From Burkholderiales bacterium (GTDB lineage Bacteria; Pseudomonadota; Gammaproteobacteria; Burkholderiales; SG8-41): a stretch of DNA of 56,425 bases. Position numbers and translations under genes: made by a program. Below are positions 18,540-27,266 of this stretch, piece by piece (positions within the stretch are counted from its first letter, which is position 1; every line of letters starts with the position of its first letter). Below the pieces are notes generated by a model. It worked only from the letters and a program-made list of their open reading frames with translations. It did not search any database and was not told where the DNA came from. Location: contig JBIOVQ010000281.1 in NCBI GenBank assembly GCA_044867805.1, positions 1 to 56,425 on the forward strand, written 5' to 3'.

Positions 18540-19541
18540 TTGTTCATGAAACTTCCCGCCATTTCCATCCCGATCATGCTGGCAGCCCTCTCGCTGCCGC
18601 TCCAGGCGCATGCGCAAACGGCGCGCATCGAGCTGCATGCATTTCGCTCGATCACGCTGACCGACCAGCAGTTTCTGAACGGCGCGAAGGAAGGCCAGCC
18701 CGTCACCATCACCGGGGAGCTGCGGCTGCCGCGCCGGGGTAATGCGCGCGTCCCGGCGGTCGTGCTGCTGCATGGCTCGGGCGGTCTTTCCGCATCGCAC
18801 GCCCGCTGGGCGGAGGAGCTGACGGGGATGGGAATCGCGACGTTCCTGGTGGACAGCTTTACCGGCCGCGGCATCGTCTCCGTGAGCGCCAACCAGGACG
18901 CGCTGGGGCGCCTCGCGATGATCATCGACGCCTACCGCGCGCTCGACCTGCTGGCGCCCGATTCGCGCATCGACGCCGACAAGATAGCGGTGCTCGGATT
19001 CTCCCGGGGCGGCCAATCGGCCCTGTACGCGAGCCTGCGCCGCTTCCAGAAGATGCACGGTCCGCCGGGCATCGAATTCGCGGCGTATATCCCCTTCTAC
19101 CCGTCGTGCAATACGCGCTTTCGCGACGACGGAAACGTGAGCGGCAGGCCCATACACATACACCATGGACTCGACGACAACTATGTCCCGATCGAGCCGT
19201 GCCAGGCTTACGTCGACCGCCTTCACGCCGCCGGAAGGAAGAATGTGGTGCTGACCGAGTATCCCGGCGCCCATCACGCTTTCGACAATCCCGGCAACCC
19301 GGCGCCGGTGCGTGCAGAGCGATCCCAGTCAACGGCCCTGTGCACGCTGCAGGAGGACGCGAGCGGGCGCATCGTCAACAGCAAGACGGGGAAGCCGTTC
19401 AACTACAAGGACACCTGCGTTCGTCTCGGGCCCACGCTTGGCTACAACGCGGAGCAGCACGCCGCCGCGCTCAAGACGGTGAAGGATTTTCTAGCGGTGG
19501 TATTCAGGCTGCCGCCGCCACCCGGCCCCGCCGGGAAGTGA
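18540..19541 (+). CDS. Dienelactone hydrolase family alpha/beta hydrolase, secreted
   Basis: Signal peptide, VVLLHGSGG, nucleophile elbow GFSRGG, and HHGLDD / GAHHAF late motifs. Confidence 0.85.
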   Translation: MFMKLPAISIPIMLAALSLPLQAHAQTARIELHAFRSITLTDQQFLNGAKEGQPVTITGELRLPRRGNARVPAVVLLHGSGGLSASHARWAEELTGMGIATFLVDSFTGRGIVSVSANQDALGRLAMIIDAYRALDLLAPDSRIDADKIAVLGFSRGGQSALYASLRRFQKMHGPPGIEFAAYIPFYPSCNTRFRDDGNVSGRPIHIHHGLDDNYVPIEPCQAYVDRLHAAGRKNVVLTEYPGAHHAFDNPGNPAPVRAERSQSTALCTLQEDASGRIVNSKTGKPFNYKDTCVRLGPTLGYNAEQHAAALKTVKDFLAVVFRLPPPPGPAGK

Positions 19542-19550
19542 CCGAAGGTC

Positions 19551-19570
19551 ACCCCCGCGACGGCGGGGGT
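19551..19570. terminator. Perfect 8-bp stem / 4-nt loop hairpin (ACCCCCGC-GACG-GCGGGGGT) between convergent genes
   Basis: Read directly from the sequence. Confidence 0.5.
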
Positions 19571-19602
19571 CCAGGTCTAGATTCCTGCCTTCGCGGGAAC
19601 TG

Positions 19603-20145
19603 TCAGTTCAGCCGGCGCGGAGCCGCCTCCTGCGCCGGCTCGGCCGGCTCCTGGGCGTTATGCAGCGCCAGGTTGACGTCCCAGTCGGTCTTCGCCACCG
19701 CCTGCCGCAGCAGCCGCGTGAAAATATGCAGGAGCTTGGTGTCCAGGGTCATGTCTATCCCCTGGCCGTGCTGCGGGTGCAGGCTCAATAGCTGCATTCC
19801 CTTTTCGCCCTTCTTGCCCTTGGCCTTGGCGAGGACCGCCGGCGCCTCGCCGAGCGGCAGGCTGCGCGGAACTTCCTGCGTAGCCTCCTCGAACTTCCTG
19901 GCGTAGTTGGCCTGCTGCGAAAACCCCTCGTGCTGGATGTCCAGCACCGTGCGGCGCGTCGCGGGATCCGCCTGCTGCCGCACCGCCTGGTCCCACTCGA
20001 GCATCTGCACCAGCATCGCCCACAGCCGCTTCACGAACCGGCGCGTAAGCCAGAAACGAAATTCGCAATTGTCCGTGGTAGACAGCCGCAGCAGCAGGCG
20101 GTCCTCGGGCTCGTCGTGGCGAATCTGGATCTGGTGGATCTTCAT
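19603..20145 (-). CDS. Hypothetical protein, immediately downstream of clpB on the same strand
   Basis: 180-aa ORF with plausible protein-like composition. I recognised no motif. It sits 47 nt after the clpB stop. Confidence 0.55.
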   Translation of the reverse strand: MKIHQIQIRHDEPEDRLLLRLSTTDNCEFRFWLTRRFVKRLWAMLVQMLEWDQAVRQQADPATRRTVLDIQHEGFSQQANYARKFEEATQEVPRSLPLGEAPAVLAKAKGKKGEKGMQLLSLHPQHGQGIDMTLDTKLLHIFTRLLRQAVAKTDWDVNLALHNAQEPAEPAQEAAPRRLN

Positions 20146-20192
20146 GGGCGGTGGCGCAGGCGCGCCGGCCGCCTATTGTAGAAGAACCGCGG

Positions 20193-22793
20193 TCAGACCG
20201 CAGCGGTCGCGCTGCGTGCCTTGTCGAAAACCAGGCCGCCTTTCCTGGCGTCCGCGCGGATCGTGTCCTTCGGCGCGAACCGGCCTTCCAGGATGGCTTT
20301 CGAGAGCGGGTTCTCGAGCTTCTGCTGGATCGCGCGCTTGAGCGGGCGCGCACCGTAGACCGGGTCGTAGCCCGCGGCCGCGAGCTCCTTCAACGCCGCG
20401 TCGCTCAGCTCCAGCCGGATGTCCATGGCGGCGAGCCGCTTTTCGAGATAGCCGACCTGGATCCTGGCGATGGACCTGATGTCCTTCTCCTCCAGCGCGT
20501 GGAACACGATCATCTCGTCGATCCGGTTGACGAACTCCGGCCGCAATTGCGCCTTGACCTCGCCCAGCACGGCGGTCTTGATGAGCTGATACTCGTCCCC
20601 GGCCATCTGCTGGATCATCTGGCTGCCGAGGTTGGACGTCATCACGATCACCGTGTTCTTGAAATCCACGGTGCGGCCCTGCCCGTCGGTCATGCGCCCG
20701 TCGTCGAGCACCTGCAGCAGCACGTTGAAGACGTCGTGGTGCGCCTTCTCGATCTCGTCGAGCAGGACCACCGAATAAGGCTTCCGCCGGACTGCTTCGG
20801 TGAGGTGGCCGCCCTCCTCGTAACCCACGTAGCCCGGCGGCGCGCCGATCAACCGCGCGACCGAGTGCTTCTCCATGAATTCGGACATGTCGACGCGGAT
20901 GAGATGATCCTCCGAGTCGAACAGGAACTCGGCCAGCGCCTTGCACAGCTCGGTCTTGCCGACGCCGGTCGGTCCCAGGAACAGAAAGGACCCGTACGGC
21001 CGCTTTGGATCGCCCAGGCCCGCGCGCGAGCGGCGGATCGCGTCCGCGACGAGCTGCACCGCCTCGTCCTGCCCCACCACCCGCTCGTGCAGCTTTGCCT
21101 CCATCTGCAGCAGCTTTTCACGCTCGCCCTGCATCATCCGGGACACCGGTATGCCAGTCCAGCGCGAGACGACTTCCGCGATTTCCTCGGCGCCCACCTG
21201 GGTGCGCAGCAGCCGGGGCTTGGTGCCTGCCTTGCTGGGCTTGTCGGCGTGCTTCAGCTGCGCCTCGAGCTGGGGCAGCTTGCCGTATTGCAGCTCGGCG
21301 ACCTTGTCGAACTTGCCCTGCCGCTGCAGCTGAGCAATCTCCGCCCGCACGCGGTCGATTTCTTCCTTGATGTGCGCGGCGCCCTGCACCTGGGCCTTTT
21401 CGGCCTTCCAGATCTCTTCGAGGTCGGAGTATTCCTTTTCGAGCGCCTTGATCTCGGCCTCGATGGCCGCCAGCCGCTTCTGGGAGGCTTCGTCCCGCTC
21501 CTTCCTGACCGCCTCGCGCTCGATCTTGAGCTGGATCAGGCGCCGGTCGAGCCGGTCCATCGCCTCGGGCTTGGAATCGATCTCCATCTTGATGCGCGAC
21601 GCCGCCTCGTCGATGAGGTCGATCGCCTTGTCGGGCAGGAAGCGATCGGAGATATAGCGGTGGGACAGCTCGGCAGCCGCCACGATCGCGGGATCGGTGA
21701 TATCCACGCCGTGGTGCAGTTCGTACTTCTCCTGCAGTCCGCGCAATATGGCGATGGTGGCCTCGACGGAGGGCTCGTCCACCAGCACCTTCTGGAAGCG
21801 CCGCTCGAGCGCGGCGTCCTTCTCCACGTGCTTGCGGTACTCGTCGAGGGTGGTCGCGCCGACGCAGTGCAGCTCGCCGCGCGCGAGCGCCGGCTTCAGC
21901 ATGTTGCCGGCGTCGATCGCGCCCTCGGCTTTTCCGGCGCCGACCATGGTGTGCAGCTCGTCGATGAAGACGATGGTCTGCCCCGAGTCCTGCGCGAGCT
22001 CCCTCAGCACCGATTTCAGGCGCTCCTCGAACTCGCCGCGATACTTGGCGCCGGCCAGCAGCCCCGCCATGTCGAGCGACAGCACGCGCTTGCCTTTGAG
22101 GGATTCGGGAACCTCGCCGTTCACGATGCGCTGGGCAAGCCCCTCCACGATGGCGGTCTTGCCCACGCCCGGCTCCCCGATCAGCACCGGGTTGTTCTTG
22201 GTGCGCCGCTGGAGAATCTGGATCACGCGGCGGATCTCGTCGTCGCGCCCGATGACCGGGTCGAGCTTGCCGGAGCGCGCCCGCGCGGTGATGTCGAGCG
22301 TGTAGCGCTTGAGCGCTTCCCGCTGGCCTTCGGCTTCGGGATTCTGGACGGGCTCCGAGCCGCGCACCGCCTGGATCGCCTTTTCGATGGACTCGCGCGT
22401 CGCGCCGTGCTGCTTGAACAGCCGCCCGGTCTCGCCCTTGTCCTGAGTCAGCGCGAGCAGGAACAGCTCGGAGGCGATGAACTGGTCGCCGCGCTTCTGG
22501 GCTTCCTTGTCGGTGAGGTTGAGCAGGTTGCCCAGCTCGCGCGACACGTTGACCTCGCCGCCGTGCCCCTCGACCTTGGGCAGGCGATCGGTGGCGCTCT
22601 TGAGCGCCGCCCGCAGGGCGCCCACGTTGACGCCGGCGCGGGCGAGCAGTGACGCGGTGCCGCCGTCCTGCTGGTTCAGCAACGCCAAGAGCAGGTGCTG
22701 CGGCTCGATGTACGGGTTGTCGCCGCCGACCGCCAGGCTCTGGGCGTCGGCAAACGCTTGCTGAAACTTGGTCGTGAACTTGTCGAAACGCAT
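20193..22793 (-). CDS. clpB: Chaperone/disaggregase ClpB
   Basis: 866 aa with two AAA+ modules ([16 protein letters not shown]), a coiled-coil middle domain and the N-terminal [11 protein letters not shown]. Confidence 0.97.
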   Translation of the reverse strand: MRFDKFTTKFQQAFADAQSLAVGGDNPYIEPQHLLLALLNQQDGGTASLLARAGVNVGALRAALKSATDRLPKVEGHGGEVNVSRELGNLLNLTDKEAQKRGDQFIASELFLLALTQDKGETGRLFKQHGATRESIEKAIQAVRGSEPVQNPEAEGQREALKRYTLDITARARSGKLDPVIGRDDEIRRVIQILQRRTKNNPVLIGEPGVGKTAIVEGLAQRIVNGEVPESLKGKRVLSLDMAGLLAGAKYRGEFEERLKSVLRELAQDSGQTIVFIDELHTMVGAGKAEGAIDAGNMLKPALARGELHCVGATTLDEYRKHVEKDAALERRFQKVLVDEPSVEATIAILRGLQEKYELHHGVDITDPAIVAAAELSHRYISDRFLPDKAIDLIDEAASRIKMEIDSKPEAMDRLDRRLIQLKIEREAVRKERDEASQKRLAAIEAEIKALEKEYSDLEEIWKAEKAQVQGAAHIKEEIDRVRAEIAQLQRQGKFDKVAELQYGKLPQLEAQLKHADKPSKAGTKPRLLRTQVGAEEIAEVVSRWTGIPVSRMMQGEREKLLQMEAKLHERVVGQDEAVQLVADAIRRSRAGLGDPKRPYGSFLFLGPTGVGKTELCKALAEFLFDSEDHLIRVDMSEFMEKHSVARLIGAPPGYVGYEEGGHLTEAVRRKPYSVVLLDEIEKAHHDVFNVLLQVLDDGRMTDGQGRTVDFKNTVIVMTSNLGSQMIQQMAGDEYQLIKTAVLGEVKAQLRPEFVNRIDEMIVFHALEEKDIRSIARIQVGYLEKRLAAMDIRLELSDAALKELAAAGYDPVYGARPLKRAIQQKLENPLSKAILEGRFAPKDTIRADARKGGLVFDKARSATAAV

Positions 22794-22842
22794 CTATCCC
22801 ATCCGACTAATGGTCGAGGCCGGGCTCCGGTGACTGTATGCT

Positions 22843-22870
22843 ATATCAGGCGCTTGAAGCGGTTTTCAAG
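22843..22870 (-). promoter_or_regulatory. Candidate sigma-32 heat-shock promoter for clpB
   Basis: The minus strand reads CTTGAAA-N13-CCTGATAT, against the consensus CTTGAAA-N13-15-CCCCATNT. It lies ~50 nt upstream of the clpB ATG. Confidence 0.45.
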
Positions 22871-22973
22871 GGGTCAGGCCGGGAAAATAGCCTGTCGGAG
22901 CAGACAGTTAGAGGCTGGGTGGGCTGCCACACCTGGCCGCAAGTCCTACGCAAGTTATTGAGGAACCTGTCCC

Positions 22974-24116
22974 ATGAAACGATCCCGCAATACCTCCCAG
23001 CTCCATCTCCTGGTTGCAACCCGCAAGGGCCTGTTCCGGCTCCAAGCCGGACCCGGCCGCCGCACCTGGCGCCTCTCGGGCCCGGAATTCCTGGGTCACA
23101 CCGCTCACCATTGCGTGCTCGACCCGCGCGACCGCCGCACGCTGCTGCTCGCCGCGCGCACGGGGCACCTCGGCCCGACCGTTTTCCGGTCGCTTGATCT
23201 GGGCAGGACCTGGAAGGAAGCCAAGCGTCCTCCCGCCTTTGCGAAATCGGAGTCCGCGCAGGACAAGCGCGAGGTGGACCATGTCTTCTGGCTTACCCCG
23301 GGACACGCCTCGGAGCCCGACGTATGGTATGCCGGGACTTCGCCCCAGGGAATATTCCGGTCAGAGGACGGCGGCATAACCTGGGATGGCGTGGCGGGAT
23401 TCAACGACAATCCGATGCGCAGCAAATGGACCGGGGGCGAGCAGGACGGGACCCCCGACGGCCCCAAGATGCATTCGCTCATCGTCGACCCGCGCGATGC
23501 GCGCCACCTCTACATCGGCATGTCGAGCGGGGGCGTGTTCGAGTCGCGCGACATGGGGAAATCCTGGCAGCCGCTCAACCAGGGATGCCGCGCCGATTTC
23601 CTGCCGGATCCTTATCCCGAGTTCGGCCACGATCCGCACTGCATGCGCCTGCATCCTCTCGCGCCGGACCGCCTCTACCAGCAGAACCACTGCGGGATCT
23701 ACCGCATGGAGCGCCCCGAAGGACGCTGGGTGCGGATCGGCGAGGCGATGCCGAAGCATGTGGGCGATATCGGCTTCCCGCTCGTGCTGCATCCGCGCGA
23801 TCCGGACACGCTGTGGGTATTTCCCATGGATGGGGGCACGGTATGGCCCCGCGTGAGCCCCGGCGGCAAGCCGGCGGCTTACGTGAGCCGCAACGCGGGA
23901 AAATCCTGGCAGCGGCTCGACCGGGGGCTGCCGCGCGGGCAGGCATGGTGGACCGTCAAGCGCCAGGCGATGTGCTCGGACACCGGCAAGCCCCTGGGCC
24001 TCTATTTCGGCACCACGAGCGGAGAAATCTGGGCCAGCGTGGACGAGGGCAAGCGGTTTTCCTGTATCGCCCGCCACCTGCCCGAGGTCTATGCGGTCGA
24101 GGCGGCGGAAACCTGA
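22974..24116 (+). CDS. BNR/sialidase-like beta-propeller protein (exo-alpha-sialidase / PSII-stability-factor-like fold)
   Basis: Repeated S.D.G.TW-type motifs (SLDLGRTWKE, SEDGGITWD, SRDMGKSWQ, SRNAGKSWQ, SVDEGKRF); 380 aa; no signal peptide. Confidence 0.75.
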   Translation: MKRSRNTSQLHLLVATRKGLFRLQAGPGRRTWRLSGPEFLGHTAHHCVLDPRDRRTLLLAARTGHLGPTVFRSLDLGRTWKEAKRPPAFAKSESAQDKREVDHVFWLTPGHASEPDVWYAGTSPQGIFRSEDGGITWDGVAGFNDNPMRSKWTGGEQDGTPDGPKMHSLIVDPRDARHLYIGMSSGGVFESRDMGKSWQPLNQGCRADFLPDPYPEFGHDPHCMRLHPLAPDRLYQQNHCGIYRMERPEGRWVRIGEAMPKHVGDIGFPLVLHPRDPDTLWVFPMDGGTVWPRVSPGGKPAAYVSRNAGKSWQRLDRGLPRGQAWWTVKRQAMCSDTGKPLGLYFGTTSGEIWASVDEGKRFSCIARHLPEVYAVEAAET

Positions 24117-24132
24117 ATCAAGAATCGAATGG

Positions 24133-24311
24133 AACCGCAGATAAACGCAGATGAACGCAGATCAAAGAGTGAAACCCCTCGACGCAAAGCCGCAAAGGCG
24201 CAAAGAGAGCACTCATTGAATATTGGAAGAAATACTTTGCGGCTTTCTTCTTGTTTTGCGTCAAGTGTTTTGGGCAACCTTATCGGCATTCATCGGCGTT
24301 CATCGGCGGTT
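24133..24311. repeat. Nested composite element: outer 10-nt-unit arms (ACGCAGATRA / TTCATCGGCG) enclosing an inner CGCAAAG-class hairpin
   Basis: Outer arms at 24133-24167 and 24279-24311. Inner arms at 24178-24207 and 24235-24265. The central loop at 24208-24234 is AT-rich. Confidence 0.85.
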
Positions 24312-24337
24312 GCCTGGGTTGTTGACGTTCTTGGGAC

Positions 24338-24604
24338 ATGCCCATGAAGGTCTACGTGCCTTCGCCGCTCGCGAGCTATACGCAGGAAGCGACCACCGTT
24401 GACGCCAGCGGCCGCACCGTGGGCGAGCTGCTCGACGACCTCGACCGGCGCTACCCCGGCATCCGCTTCCGCATCATCAGCGAGCAGGACAGGATACGTC
24501 GTCATATCAGGATCTTCGTGAATCTCGAGGAGGTCCGCAGCCTGGCTGCGCCGCTGCGCCCCTCGGATGAGGTCATGATTGTAGGCGCGCTGAGCGGTGG
24601 CTGA
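24338..24604 (+). CDS. MoaD/ThiS-family ubiquitin-like sulfur-carrier-type protein (C-terminal GG)
   Basis: 88 aa with a beta-grasp-like pattern, ending ...VMIVGALSGG*. Confidence 0.8.
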   Translation: MPMKVYVPSPLASYTQEATTVDASGRTVGELLDDLDRRYPGIRFRIISEQDRIRRHIRIFVNLEEVRSLAAPLRPSDEVMIVGALSGG

Positions 24605-24690
24605 GCGCCGGACGTCAGTCGTCAGCTGTCAGCTGTCAGCCGCCAGCAGGTTTATACTGAAAACTGACAACTGACGTCTGACAGCTGCGC
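24605..24690. repeat. Stutter hairpin of GTCAGCT class: GTCAGTC-GTCAGCT-GTCAGCT-GTCAGCC ... CTGACAA-CTGACGT-CTGACAG
   Basis: 7-nt periodic arms with a ~9-nt loop (AGGTTTATA). It lies between the moaD-like stop and the cydA start. Confidence 0.88.
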
Positions 24691-24697
24691 GTAGCGC

Positions 24698-26047
24698 ATG
24701 GACACCGCCGACACCCTCCTCATCGCGCGGGCCCAGTTCGGGCTGAATATCGCATTCCACATCCTGTTCCCGACGATCACCATCGGGCTCGCCTGGATCC
24801 TGGTCTATTTGCGCGCCCGCTTCGCGTGGAGCGGGCAGACGACGTGGCTCGACAGCTACAAGCTGTGGGTCAAAGTGTTCGCGCTTACCTTCGCGATGGG
24901 CGTCGTCACCGGCATCGTCATGTCGTTCCAGTTCGGCACCAACTGGCCCGGCTTCATGCTGAAGGTCGGCAACGTCGCCGGTCCCCTGCTGGCGTACGAG
25001 GTGCTCACCGCATTCTTCCTGGAAGCCACGTTCCTCGGCGTGATGCTGTTCGGCATGAACCGCGTGCCGGGCTGGGTGCACATGACGGCCACAGTGCTGG
25101 TGGCGGTCGGCACCTCGCTATCCGCGTTCTGGATCCTCGCGCTCAATTCCTGGATGCAGACCCCTGTGGGTCATGAGATCGTCGACGGCCAGATAGTGGC
25201 TGCCGACTGGTGGCGGGTTATCTTCAATCCTTCGTTCCCGTACCGCTTCACGCACATGATGCTCGCCAGCGGGCTCACCGCCTTGTTCGTCGTCGCTGGG
25301 CTCTCGGCGTGGCGGCTCATCAAGGCGCCGGGCGATGCGGCGGCGCTGCGCGCCCTGCGCAGCAGCGTGGCACTCGCCGCCGTGCTCGCACCGCTGCAGG
25401 CCTTCGTCGGCGACCTGCACGGCCTCAACACGCTCGAGCACCAGCCGGCGAAAATCGCCGCGATGGAAGCGCTGTGGAAGACCGAGAAAGGCCCGGCGCT
25501 GGTGCTGCTCGCCATTCCCAACGCCGAGCAACGGCGCAACGACTTCGCAATCGAAATTCCAAAAGGGTTAAGCCTCATCCTCAAGCATGAGCTAGATGCC
25601 GAGGTTCAGGGCATCGACGCCTTCGAGCCCAACGTGCCGCCCGTCGCGCCCATGTTCTTTTCGTTTCGCATCATGGTGGGCATGGGTGTTCTGATGATCA
25701 CGCTGTCCTGGCTCGGCACGTGGATAATGCGCAAGGGGGTGCTGCCTCAGCGCTGGCTGCTGTGGACGTTCGCCGGGTTCACATTTTCCGGCTGGATCGC
25801 CACGCTCGCCGGCTGGATGGTCACCGAGATCGGCAGGCAGCCGTGGCTCGTCACCGGACTGCTGCTAACGGCCGACGCTGTGGGACCGGCCAATGGCGTT
25901 CAGCTCGGCGCCAGCCTGACCGGTTACCTCGTGACCTACAGCCTGATGCTGATTGCTTACATGGTGGTGCTCACGCACCTCGCCGGGAAAGGCGGCGCTC
26001 CGGAGCCCGGGACGTCCGCGGGCGTGGCCATGAAGGCGGCCGCATGA
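24698..26047 (+). CDS. cydA: Cytochrome bd-type quinol oxidase subunit I (short Q-loop, CIO-like)
   Basis: Motifs ARAQFGLNIAFHILFPTITIGL, GWVHMTAT and EIGRQPW; 449 aa. Confidence 0.93.
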   Translation: MDTADTLLIARAQFGLNIAFHILFPTITIGLAWILVYLRARFAWSGQTTWLDSYKLWVKVFALTFAMGVVTGIVMSFQFGTNWPGFMLKVGNVAGPLLAYEVLTAFFLEATFLGVMLFGMNRVPGWVHMTATVLVAVGTSLSAFWILALNSWMQTPVGHEIVDGQIVAADWWRVIFNPSFPYRFTHMMLASGLTALFVVAGLSAWRLIKAPGDAAALRALRSSVALAAVLAPLQAFVGDLHGLNTLEHQPAKIAAMEALWKTEKGPALVLLAIPNAEQRRNDFAIEIPKGLSLILKHELDAEVQGIDAFEPNVPPVAPMFFSFRIMVGMGVLMITLSWLGTWIMRKGVLPQRWLLWTFAGFTFSGWIATLAGWMVTEIGRQPWLVTGLLLTADAVGPANGVQLGASLTGYLVTYSLMLIAYMVVLTHLAGKGGAPEPGTSAGVAMKAAA

Positions 26048-27036
26048 TGATCGACCTCCCCCTCGTATTCCTGGTGCTCATGGGTGTGGCGATTCTCGCC
26101 TACGTCGTGCTCGATGGCTACGACCTGGGCGTAGGCATGCTGATGCCCGCCGCCGATGCGCGCGAGCAGGCAATCATGGTGTCGTCGATCGGTCCCTTCT
26201 GGGACGCGAACGAAACCTGGCTCGTGCTCGGTATCGGGCTGCTGCTGGTGGCGTTTCCGGTCGCGCACGGCGTGGTGTTGACCGCTCTCTACCTGCCGGT
26301 GGTAGTGATGCTGGTCGGGCTGATGCTGCGCGGCGTCGCCTTCGAGTTCCGCGTCAAGGCCGAGGGCTGGCACCGCGAGCTGTGGAACTGGCTGTTCTGG
26401 CTCGGCTCCTTTATGGCCTCGCTCGCGCAGGGTCTGATGCTCGGGGCCTACATCACCGGCTTTCAGCCAGGCTTCGGTTACTTCCTGTTCTCGCTGGTTG
26501 TCGCGGGCGGCGTTTGCGGCGGCTATGTGCTGCTCGGCGCGGCCTGGCTCATCTGGCGCACGGAAGGCGAGTTGCAGCGCAAGGCGGTTGCGTGGACCCA
26601 TTGGGGCCTGCTGTGGGTCGCGCTGGGCGTGGCGCTGGTGAGCATCGCCACGCCGCTCGCGAGCGAGACGGTGCGGGCCAAGTGGTTCGACTTTCCGCGC
26701 ACACTGTGGCTCATGCTGCTGCCGCTGGCAAGCGCGGCCGCCTGGTTCTGGGTCTGGCGGGCGGCGAGCCGTGTCCGAAGCGGCCCGCCGATACCCGACT
26801 GGGCCCCGTTTGCCGGGGCCGTCGTAATTTACGTGCTCGCTTTCCTCGGCCTCGCCTACAGCCTGTTCCCGTACGTCGTGATGGACCGGATCACCATCTG
26901 GGAAGCTGCCGCGCACCCCTCTTCCCTCAAGGTCGTCCTCATCGGGGCGCTCATTGTGCTCCCGTTTATCGTCGCGTACACGGCCTATTCCTACCGGGTG
27001 TTTCGCGGCAAGGCGACCGGCAAGCTCTACGAGTAG
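26044..27036 (+). CDS. cydB: Cytochrome bd-type quinol oxidase subunit II
   Basis: The ATG overlaps the cydA stop (ATGA). Motifs MIDLPLVFLVLMG..YVVLDGYDLGVG and PFWDANETWLV. Confidence 0.9.
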   Translation: MMIDLPLVFLVLMGVAILAYVVLDGYDLGVGMLMPAADAREQAIMVSSIGPFWDANETWLVLGIGLLLVAFPVAHGVVLTALYLPVVVMLVGLMLRGVAFEFRVKAEGWHRELWNWLFWLGSFMASLAQGLMLGAYITGFQPGFGYFLFSLVVAGGVCGGYVLLGAAWLIWRTEGELQRKAVAWTHWGLLWVALGVALVSIATPLASETVRAKWFDFPRTLWLMLLPLASAAAWFWVWRAASRVRSGPPIPDWAPFAGAVVIYVLAFLGLAYSLFPYVVMDRITIWEAAAHPSSLKVVLIGALIVLPFIVAYTAYSYRVFRGKATGKLYE

Positions 27037-27266
27037 CGCCGGGCGGCACGCGCCCGAGCGGTGCCGGGCCTCCGCCGCGGTATCGGGGCGAGCATCAGAA
27101 AAGTGGCGGACCCCATCGAATTTGCTTATGCCCCGAACATACTTGACTTCCATCCCGCCGCGAACAACACTGACTTTGCTTCAGCTTGGTGCAGGCTCCG
27201 CGCCGGGTTGGTGACGGTTTGCGGCCGTCTGCCATAAGAAAGCTGGCCAACATGGAGGGCACAACC

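Noticed and set aside
20151-22652. 833-aa ORF on the plus strand opposite clpB
   Set aside because: It is a shadow ORF typical of GC-rich DNA. It has Arg/Leu/Ala/Gly-rich low-complexity composition and no motifs, and the opposite strand encodes an unmistakable ClpB.
27037-27266. Search for a small CydX-like subunit or structured RNA after cydB
   Set aside because: I found no short hydrophobic ORF with a plausible start and SD, and no repeat or conserved-looking structure.
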